From: Octopus sinensis
Taxonomy: Eukaryota
Length of the DNA stretch: 64,000 nt
Assembly (NCBI RefSeq): GCF_006345805.1
Contig: NW_021832611.1
Location: 1 to 64,000 of the forward strand
Reading direction: 5' to 3'
Positions 24,530-35,290 of the stretch are shown here, one piece after another. The stretch's first letter is position 1. Each line of letters opens with the position of its first letter. The position numbers and the translations under genes were made by a program. The notes under the pieces are model-generated. The model was not told the origin of the DNA. It saw nothing but the letters and a program-made list of their open reading frames with translations, and ran no database searches.

Positions 24530-27004
24530 ATGCTCTTTTATGGAATAAACCATTTGTAAAACTACCCCAACAAGTGATTTAGAAGACGAAGACGAAATAT
24601 TCGTATGTTGGAGGACAGGAGAAATATTTCGTGATTATGAGAGTTACTATGAACGAGTAATATTGTGCAACAGTCTGGTGTGGGATGTTCTTTGATTGGT
24701 GGAGACGGACTGACTTTAAGCCAGGCAGTTGCTTGTGAGAGTGAATGTCGGAGAGAAGTGGAAGAACTAACAGATCCCGTAATAAAGGGGATATTATATA
24801 CCCGGAATTATTTGATGGGACTGATAAGGAGTCGTTGGTTGACAGTGTGTTTGAATTTGTGAGTGAAGTGCTCTTTGTGGGAGAACCAATCGAATTCCGT
24901 GACAAAGAAGGGAATGGAATACGTGGGAGAGTTAGCAGAGTGGAGAGATTGGGGAGTACTACGCCACTGCAGATGGAATAACATATCTGGCATATTCCCC
25001 ACGGAGGATGATTGAATCTGTCACCAAGAGGAGAGTTGGGCTGTGTTTAAGTATGGATTGGGAGAATGAAGACCTGGGGAATGTTTTTTCAAATATTCGG
25101 CCAGTAGTTGAGAAGAAAGGACAGTCTAAGGAGGCCAGAATTAGAAGAATTAAACGACTGCAGTCTCATTACTGTTCACATTTACTGACTCCTAATGAAG
25201 ATCTACTTTGCCAAACTTTAAAGCCACTTCCGGACTATTTCCCACTGTCTCCCCTCCTTAGTGAGCATTTGGGAGAAATTATGGCACTTGTTTACTTTGT
25301 TGATATGTTTGATCCGTTTTTGAGGAAATTCGGAGGTGCTTTTGATATTGACTGCGGTAAGAATATGTGAATATATTATAGAATTTGTCGAAAGGGCAGT
25401 TTTGGGAGACAGAGAGCGTATGTTCACATTTACAGGAGAATTGTTGAAGGTGCTCTGGGCCATGACGGGAGTGGACAAGAAGATTGATGTCCCATTTGGT
25501 TTACTTTCTTTTATATTTGGTAGAAATGACGCACAACAACATCTCAGAATTTGTTAGAAAGACTTTTCTTTTGTGTGCGGAGGATAAATGTTCTTCCCAA
25601 CAGTCTGAAGCATTGTTATTGACAAAGACGTGTGTATTTTGCTCATTGGAATATGAGGACATGCACTCATTTCCTTCTGAACAAAAACTACTCCTTCTAT
25701 CCTACCTTGTCCAAATTATTTCAGCACATCCACACTTTCGTCCTCATCTGGAGGCACTCAATAAAGACATTATTGCCCTCAACAAGGAAATGGCTGCTCT
25801 CACGGCAGATGAGGCCATGAAAATGATCAAATACAACAGAACAACTAACCAGATCAATCACGTCAAAACTGTTGGCAGGAAAGGCAAATGGTGGGATGAG
25901 AGTTCGGAGGACTCCGACGATCCGAACGAATCAAGAAGGGATTATAAACTCGCTAAAATACACAAACGCAAAGAACAAATCAAGACACAACTTGACAAGT
26001 ATAACAATATTCAGTTATTGGGAATGGACAGACTATATAGGAAATATTATTTATTCTCACATGCTCTCTTTGTCGAGATTACTCCAAAAGCAGTATTTCT
26101 ATTACAGTCAGTCATAGAGATATCTTTCTCGCCATAAACGAGTCAGACAACTTACGATTGATCCCACACTGAGACTTGGCAACAATTTGCCAATCGGTTT
26201 TCTCTCAATTTCAAAGATCCTCCTCACCCTCCACTCTCTTTTCAAGATGAGTTTGCCTCACTTATCACTCCTGTTTTTGATAACCCCGTTCCTCTCGACG
26301 GACTGCCTACATGGTCTGTTATACCAGACGAAGAAACATTAACTTTGTTGATGGACTCACTCAGTACAACTGGCGTGCGGGAGATTGCATTAAAGAAGGC
26401 ATTGATTAAAAATAGAGACAACATAAAATTCTCTACTCCCATCCCAGTCCATGTGCAAACTATATCTCCCCCAGTCATCTCACAGCTGGCCTACATGTCT
26501 TCTTTACTTACTCCAGATATAACTCACCAAATTCAGACTTCACTTGAATCTCTCTCACTTCTCCCCCACAGACAACAAGTCACTCCTCTCGCCAATGCAT
26601 TTGCGACTGTTGTACAGTCTGCCATTCCACAATCCATGCTTCCACCCTTTGGCACTGCACTCAAAACTAGGAGGGGACGTAGATCCTCCGCGAAAAGACT
26701 GTCTCCTCTCCAGGATTGTGATTTTATGCAGTCTTGGATAACTCAGTTGAAACAAGTCACAAATATGTCCCAGATTGCCACAATGCTGAGTTTATTCCAA
26801 CGCCATGTTTTGTGGGACTGTCCAACCACTGTTTACTGCAAGTCTTGTCGGAAACTCAGAAAGTACGGGCTCGTCTTAACCTGTTCTGTTTGCTCATCTT
26901 ATTACCACTCGGACTGTCTTCTAGATCATCCCATGGTTGTTTTTTTACATTACTTGTAGAATAGCAATGTTCCCTGGGTGTGTAATCAATGTGTTTCACA
27001 CTAA
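24530..27004 (+). pseudogene. BAZ1A: BAZ1A duplicate; frameshifted in its 5' part as assembled
   Basis: About 1% substitutions versus 9971-12450, plus several 1-bp deletions within 24530-25000; may be intact if these are errors. Confidence 0.65.
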
Positions 27005-27295
27005 TATATTACATTTATATATTTGTTTTATTGATACTTTATTGTGAATATAAACGCAGACAAAACAGAATGAAACAGTATAGCGTAGGGAGATTTGTCA
27101 ACGTATAAATTTGTAAAAGAGAATATGCAAATTTACTTATATGTTGGGAAATTAGCAGACTGGATAGAGATTAGAAACAAATAATATCTGTCTGGAATAT
27201 TTTATAAATTATGGTTATTGCGATAAAGGACGTGTTTTTGACATATTTTGTGTCTTGAAAATAGCTCAACAAAATCTGATAAAAAATAAAGAGTT

Positions 27296-28061
27296 CTACT
27301 TCATGAATATGCTGATATTTCTCAAAAACCTAAGATAAATAAAAAATAAAAAAACCTGCATTCGCAGCCGTCGGCACGATATCTTGAACAAAAGTAAAAA
27401 GAAGTTCATTTTCTAAATACTCCTTAAACATGTCAGGTTTAAATTTCAACTTAAAATAATTATTTTTGCCATAGTCTAATAGAATAAATAAATAATATTA
27501 CAGAAGATTTGTAATTTTTCTCATAACTTTCCATGGCTGAATTTCGATAATAAGAATTCCACCTGGCAACAAATCAGCATAAATTCTCTGAAATGCTATT
27601 CGAAGACCTTCGTCGCCATTCACAAGATGAATCCACTTTGTGATACTCAAAGCCATAATAACATCATATTGCTTCTTTGGAATATATCCGTCAATACTAT
27701 CGATAACATAATTTTCCTAAAAAAAAAATAAAATCTATACGTAACAGAATGATATATTCGATGGAAATGATTCATTTCTATTATTGTTGGGATTAGAAAT
27801 GCTGCGTGAGGCTCTTAGAATAAGTGATTTGTCAATATCTATTCCAAGGATATGTCGTGGTTTGAATCTTTTAGCAATCATAATAGTAATATATCCAACG
27901 TTGCAGCCAATGTCCAATATATTTTTGTCTTTAAACCACTCACATTTCATAAGTGATAGTCTCGGATCTTCATTATTCTGAATTCTGTATCCATAATAAC
28001 GATCGTAATTCCCATATGGAAAATATTTTTTCTTTGTTTTTTTCTTATTAATATTAGTCAT
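27296..28061 (-). pseudogene. MEPCE: MEPCE duplicate; 1-bp deletions as assembled
   Basis: Copy of 14456-15225 with single-base losses at about 27326 and 27531. Confidence 0.65.
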
Positions 28062-28209
28062 TTCTACGTTTAAAATTACAACAAAATTGAATGCCACACT
28101 ACCTTATTAAATTATATTTTTTTAGAAATAAAATAGTGTAAAATATAAGTAATTGATTAATAATTAACAAAAATAGAAAATAATATTAGTCTGGTTAAAT
28201 AATTTTATT

Positions 28210-28232
28210 GTTAGGGTTAGGGTTAGGGTTAG
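28210..28232 (+). repeat. Interstitial telomeric tract G(TTAGGG)3TTAG
   Basis: Read directly; sits at a deletion junction relative to unit 1. Confidence 0.85.
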
Positions 28233-28849
28233 TAAAAAATTTTCTAACAAAATAATTTCCATGTTGGGTTTAAAATGTTTGTAAACAACTTTTTTTATTT
28301 ATAAAATTAACAAAACTGTTCATAGAATACAGCTCACAAATGAAAATTTATAGGCTTTAATAAAGTCGGAATTATGTCATAAATATCAATAATTCAGAAG
28401 TAGTTTCAAGCACGATTAAAAGATGATTAGATTTTTTATTTTTGTTTTTATATAAATTCGGCCTTAAAACGAAATTAATTTGACACCCTTAGTATAAATG
28501 CTAGGATAGTTAAAACATGAGTTTCTAATAAATGTTTTAAAATTAACTTTTTGTTAATTTTTATATAAAATACAAGAATATTAATATTGATATATTAATT
28601 GGTTTGTTAAGTTTTACTGACAAATTAAAATTATTGATTAAATTCTGAATTTTCCATTTCCAAAATCTGCCGTTAATTTGACGGGAACTAAAAATGGCAA
28701 ATTTGAGAGATTTAACTGTATATAGATAATCTGCAATGGTAGCAAGTCCAATCCTAAAAGGATTGTTTGCACCTGAAAAAAATAGTCTATAGTCCTTAAA
28801 AATTCATCTTTGACCAGTAATAAAAACTCATAAAAAGAATAAAGTTTGG

Positions 28850-31800
28850 TTAGTAAAGGAAGATTTTAATAGCTAGATTAAAGCTATAGTCTGAATCGAA
28901 TTCTACATTAATAATATAAATATTGAAACTTTTCACTGTTTTTAGATTTCATAATTAGATATTTTTTGCTTTTAAGAATCAGCATAAAACAAATAAATGT
29001 GATTGTAGTCAAAGAAATAATTCCAATAAAGATTATATAATTTTTATTTGATTTCCATAGGGTCTCTGAAATTCACAAATGAAAAAATTAACCAGGTTTT
29101 TTATTAAATGCAACTTCTAAAAATTAAAAAAAGTAATAGCTTACGATCACTTTTAGTTTTACTCTTCGTGGCGGAAACTAAAAGTTTAAAACATATGAAT
29201 CACATGCGCTCGTCGTGGTGGTGGCTAAAATATTTAAACATATAAATCACTTGTAGTTGTGCTTTTCGTGGTGGGGACTAAAATATTAAAACATATAAAT
29301 CACTTGTAGTTGTGCTCTTAGTGGTGGGGACTAAAACATTAAAACATATGAATCGAATCACTTATGATTGTGCTGTTCGTGGTGGGGACTAAAATATTAA
29401 AATATATGAATCACTTGTAGTTGTGCTTTTCGTGGTGGGGACTAAAATATTAAAACATATAAATCACTTGTAGTTGTGCTCTTAGTGGTGGGGACTAAAA
29501 CATTAAAACATATGAATCGAATCACTTATAGTTGTGCTGTTCGTGGTGGGGACTAAAATATTAAAATATATGAATCACTTGTAGTTGTGCTTTTCGTGGT
29601 GGGGACTAAAACATTAAAACATATGAATCGAATCACTTGTAGTTATGCTTTTCGTGGTGGGGACTAAAATATTAAAACATATAAATCACTTTAGTTGTGC
29701 TCTTAGTGGTGGGGACTAAAACATTAAAACATATGAATCGAATCACTTATAGTTGTGCTGTTCGTGGTGGGGACTAAAATATTAAAATATATGAATCACT
29801 TGTAGTTGTGCTTTTCGTGGTGGGGACTAAAATATTAAAATATATGAATCACTTGTAGTTGTGCTCTTAGTGGTGGGGACTAAAACATTAAAACATATGA
29901 ATCGAATCACTTATAGTGTGCTGTTCGTGGTGGGGACTAAAATATTAAAATATATGAATCACTTGTAGTTGTGCTTTTCGTGGTGGGGACTAAAATATTA
30001 AAAAATATAAATCACTTGTAGTTGTGCTCTTAGTGGTGGGACTAAAACAATTAAAAAAACATATGAATCGAATCATTATAGTTGTGCTGTTCGTGGTGGG
30101 GACTAAAATATTAAAATATATGAATCACTTGTAGTTGTGCTTTTCGTGGTGGGGACTAAAACATTAAAACATATGAATCGAATCACTTGTAGTTGTGCTT
30201 TCGTGGTGGGGACTAAAATATTAAAACATATATATCACTTGTAGTTGTGATCTTAGTCGTAGGGACTAAAATATTAAAACATATAAATCACTTGTAGTTG
30301 TGCTCTTAGTGGTGGGGACTAAAATATAAAAACATATATATCACTTGTAGTTGTGATCTTAGTCGTAGGGACTAAAATATTAAAACATATAAATCACTTG
30401 TAGTTCTGCTCCTTGTCTGCAGACTAAAATTAAAAAATATATATCACTTGTAGTTGTGGTCTTAGTCGTGGGGACTAAAATATAAAACATATAAATCACT
30501 TGTAGTTGTGCTCTTAGTGGTGGGGACTAAAATATTAAACATATATATCATGTAGTTGTGATCTTAGTCGTAGGGACTAAAATATTAAAACATATAAATC
30601 ACTTGTAGTTGTGCTCTTAGTGGTGGGGACTAAAATATTAAAACATATATATCACTTGTAGTTGTGATCTTAGTCGTAGGGACTAATATTAAAAACATAT
30701 AAATCACTTGTAGTTCTGCCTACTTGTCTGCAGACTAAAATATAAAAAATATATATCACTTGTAGTTGTGGTCTTAGTGATGGGGACTAAAATATTAAAC
30801 ATATAAATCACTTGTAGTTGTGCTCTTAGTCGTGGGGACTAAAATATTAAAACATAAAACACTTGTAGTTTTACTCTTAGTGGCGGGGACTAAAATATTA
30901 AAACATATATATCACTTGTAGTTGTGGATAGTGATGGGGGACTAAATATTAAAAAATATATCACTTGTAGTTGTGCTCTTAGTCGTGGGGACTAAAATTA
31001 AAAACATATAAATCACTTGTAGTTGTGCTCTTAGTGGTGGGGACTAAAATATTAAAAACATATATATCACTTGTAGTTGTGATCTTAGTCGTAGGGACTA
31101 AAATATTAAAAAACCATATAAATCACTTGTAGTTGTGCTCTTAGTGGGGGGACTAAAATATTAAAACATATATATCACTTGTAGTTGTGATCTTAGTCGT
31201 GGGGACTAAAATATTAAACACATATAAATCACTTGTAGTCTGCCTACTTGTCTGCAGACTAAAATATAAAAAAATATAATCACTTGTAGTTGTGGTTTAG
31301 TGATGGGGACTAAAATATTAAAAAATATAAATCACTTGTAGTTGTGCTTTAGTCGTGGGGACTAAATATTAAAAAATATATCACTTGTAGTTGTGATCTT
31401 AGTCGTAGGGACTAAAATATAAAAAACATATAAATCACTTGTAGTTGTGCTCTTAGTGGTGGACTAAATATTAAAACATATATATCACTTGTAGTTGTGA
31501 TCTTAGTCGTAGGACTAAAATATTAAAACATATAAATCACTTGTAGTTCTGCCTACTTGTCTGCAGACTAAAATATAAAAATATATATCACTTGTAGTTG
31601 TGGTCTTAGTGATGGGGACTAAAATATTAAAACATATAAATCACTTGTAGTTGTGCTCTTAGTCGTGGGGACTAAAATATTAAAACATATATAAATTGTA
31701 GTTGTGATCTTAGTCGTAGGGACTAAAATATTAAAACATATAAATCACTTGTAGTTGTGCTTTAGTGGTGGGACTAAAATATTAAAACATATATATCACT

Positions 31801-34800
31801 TGTAGTTGTGATCTTAGTCGTAGGGACTAAAATATTAAACATATAAATCACTTGTAGTTCTGCTACTTGTCTGCAGACTAAAATATAAAAAATATATATC
31901 ACTTGTAGTTGTGGTCTTATGTGTGGGGACTAAAATATTAAAACATATAAATCACTTGTAGTTGTGCTCTTAGTCGTGGGGACTAAAATATGAAAAAACA
32001 ATATATCACTTGTAGTTGTGATCTTAGTGTAGGGACTAAATATTAAAAAATATAATCACTTGTAGTTGTGCTCTTGTGGTGGGGATAAAAATATTAAACA
32101 TATATATCACTTGTAGTGGTGATCTTAGTCGTAGGGACTAAAATATTAAAACATATAAATCACTTGTAGTTGTGCTCTTAGTGGTGGGGACTAAAATATT
32201 AAAACATATATATCACTTGTAGTTGTGATCTTAGTCGTAGGGACTAAAATATTAAAACATATAAATCACTTGTAGTTGTGCCTACTTGTCTGGGGACTAA
32301 AATATAAAAATATATATCACTTGTAGTTGTGGTCTTAGTCGTGGGGACTAAATATTAAACATATAATCACTTGTAGTTGTGCTCTTAGTGGTGGGGACTA
32401 AAATATTAAACATATATATCACTTGTAGTTCTGATCTTAGTCGTAGGGACTAAAATATTAAAACATATAAATCACTTGTAGTTGTGCTCTTAGTGGTGGG
32501 GACTAAAATATTAAAACATATATATCACTTGTAGTTGTGATCTTAGTCGTAGGGACTAAAATATTAAAACATATAAATCACTTGTAGTTCTGCCTACTTG
32601 TCTGCAGACTAAAATATAAAAAATATATATCACTTGTAGTTGTGGTCTTAGTGATGGGGACTAAAATATTAAAACATATAAATCACTTGTAGTTGTGCTC
32701 TTAGTCGTGGGGACTAAAATATTAAAACATACAAAACACTTGTAGTTTTACTCTTCGTGGCGGGGACTAAAATATTAAAACATATATATCACTTGTAATT
32801 GTGGTCTTAGTGATGGGGACTAAAATATTAAAAATATATCACTTGTAGTTGTGCTCTTAGTCGTGGGGACTAAAATATTAAAACATATAAATCACTTGTA
32901 GTTGTGCTCTTAGTGGTGGGGACTAAAATATTAAAACATATATATCACTTGTAGTTGTGATCTTAGTCGTAGGGACTAAAATATTAAAACATATAATCAC
33001 TTGTAGTTGTGCTCTTAGTGGTGGGGACTAAAATATAAAATATTAAAACATATATATCACTTGTAGTTGTGATCTTAGTCGTAGGACTAAAATATTAAAA
33101 CATATAAATCACTTGTAGTTCTGCCTACTTGTCTGCAGACTAAAATATAAAAAATATATATCACTTGTAGTTGTGGTCTTAGTGATGGGGACTAAAATAT
33201 TAAAACATATAAATCACTTGTAGTTGTGCTCTTAGTCGTGGGGACTAAAATATTAAAACATATATATCACTTGTAGTTGTGATCTTAGTCGTAGGGACTA
33301 AAATATTAAAACATATAAATCACTTGTAGTTGTGCTCTTAGTGGTGGGGACTAAAATATTAAAACATATATATCACTTGTAGTTGTGATCTTAGTCGTAG
33401 GGACTAAAATATTAAAACATATAAATCACTTGTAGTTCTGCCTACTTGTCTGCAGACTAAAATATAAAAAATATATATCACTTGTAGTTGTGGTCTTAGT
33501 GATGGGGACTAAAATATTAAAACATATAAATCACTTGTAGTTGTGCTCTTAGTCGTGGGGACTAAAATATTAAAACATATATATCACTTGTAGTTGTGAT
33601 CTTAGTCGTAGGGACTAAAATATTAAAACATATAAATCACTTGTAGTTGTGCTCTTAGTGGTGGGGACTAAAATTTAAAACATATATACACTTGTAGTTG
33701 TGATCTTAGTCGTAGGGACTAAAATATTAAAACATATAAATCACTTGTAGTTCTGCCTACTTGTCTGCAGACTAAAATATAAAAAATATATATCACTGTA
33801 GTTGTGGTCTTAGTGATGGGGACTAAAATATTAAACATATAAATCACTTGTAGTTGTGCTCTTAGTCGTGGGGACTAAAATATTAAAACATATATATCAC
33901 TTGTAGTTGTGATCTTAGTCGTAGGGACTAAAATATTAAAACATATAAATCACTTGTAGTTGTGCTCTTAGTGGTGGGGACTAAAATATTAAAACATATA
34001 TATCACTTGTAGTTGTGATCTTAGTCGTAGGGACTAAAATATTAAAACATATAAATCACTTGTAGTTGTGCTCTTAGTGGTGGGGACTAAAATATTAAAA
34101 CATATATATCACTTGTAGTTGTGATCTTAGTCGTAGGGACTAAAATATTAATACATATAAATCACTTGTAGTTCTGCCTACTTGTCTGCAGACTAAAATA
34201 TAAAAAATATATATCACTTGTAGTTGTGGTCTTAGTGATGGGGACTAAAATATTAAAACATATAAATCACTTGTAGTTGTGCTCTTAGTCGTGGGGACTA
34301 AAATATTAAAACATACAAAACACTTGTAGTTTTACTCTTCGTGGCGGGGACTAAAATATTAAAACATATATATCACTTGTAATTGTGGTCTTAGTGATGG
34401 GGACTAAAATATTAAAAATATATCACTTGTAGTTGTGCTCTTAGTCGTGGGGACTAAAATATTAAAACATATAAATCACTTGTAGTTGTGCTCTTAGTGG
34501 TGGGGACTAAAATATTAAAACATATATATCACTTGTAGTTGTGATCTTAGTCGTAGGGACTAAAATATTAAAACATATAAATCACTTGTAGTTGTGCTCT
34601 TAGTGGTGGGGACTAAAATATTAAAACATATATATCACTTGTAGTTGTGATCTTAGTCGTAGGGACTAAAATATTAAAACATATAAATCACTTGTAGTTC
34701 TGCCTACTTGTCTGCAGACTAAAATATAAAAAATATATATCACTTGTAGTTGTGGTCTTAGTGATGGGGACTAAAATATTAAAACATATAAATCACTTGT

Positions 34801-35210
34801 AGTTGTGCTCTTAGTCGTGGGGACTAAAATATTAAAACATACAAATCACTTGTAGTTGTACTCTTCGTGGCAAAGACTAACATATTAAAACATATAAATT
34901 ACTTATACTTGTAGTTCTGCCTACTTGTCTGCATACTAAAATATGAAATTTTAATTTTGTTAACCCTTTTTCTTATTTATGTCATCGGAATTTGCATATT
35001 TTATTATTTCATTGTCATTATTTCTTCTTTGTTTCTGCAAAACATGAAAATTTTAAAACAAACCCTTAGAGGGTCTGTTTGCCAATAATTAATTCTTCGT
35101 ATAACTTTGATTTCTTTTGATTCATTTGTTATTTGTTCTATACAAATAAAAATGTAAAAATAGATATCACCTGTACATAAAATTAATACCAGAAACAATA
35201 TGGAAAACAT
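28850..35210 (-). CDS. Type-I membrane mucin-like protein, long paralog (~109 micro-exons, ~1100 aa predicted)
   Basis: Three 5' exons (signal peptide) end in phase 1 and join 27-nt exons (IPTTKSTTT, IPTTKITTT, ICRQVGRTT and others), then a 24-nt exon, TM exon and tail; some units carry 1-bp indels. Confidence 0.78.
29150..34935 (-). repeat. 53-bp tandem array (27-nt exon + ~26-nt intron) with higher-order periodicity
   Basis: Minus-strand unit TCCCCACCACTAAGAGCACAACTACAA|gtgatttatatgttttaatattttag; 53-bp period measured at 33244-33297. Confidence 0.95.
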
Positions 35211-35290
35211 TATTCTTCACGATAAAAAACTAATTTATATTCTTTATAATTCTAATAATTCATTTTTGGCATATTTGTCGACCTATTTTA

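Noticed and set aside
28210-28232. Chromosome end or fusion site
   Set aside because: Only about 3.7 repeats, one orientation, and collinear sequence continues on both sides
29150-34935. CRISPR array or plain non-coding satellite
   Set aside because: There are no unique spacers or cas genes and the context is eukaryotic; the unit decomposes into an in-frame exon plus a GT-AG intron linked to flanking coding exons
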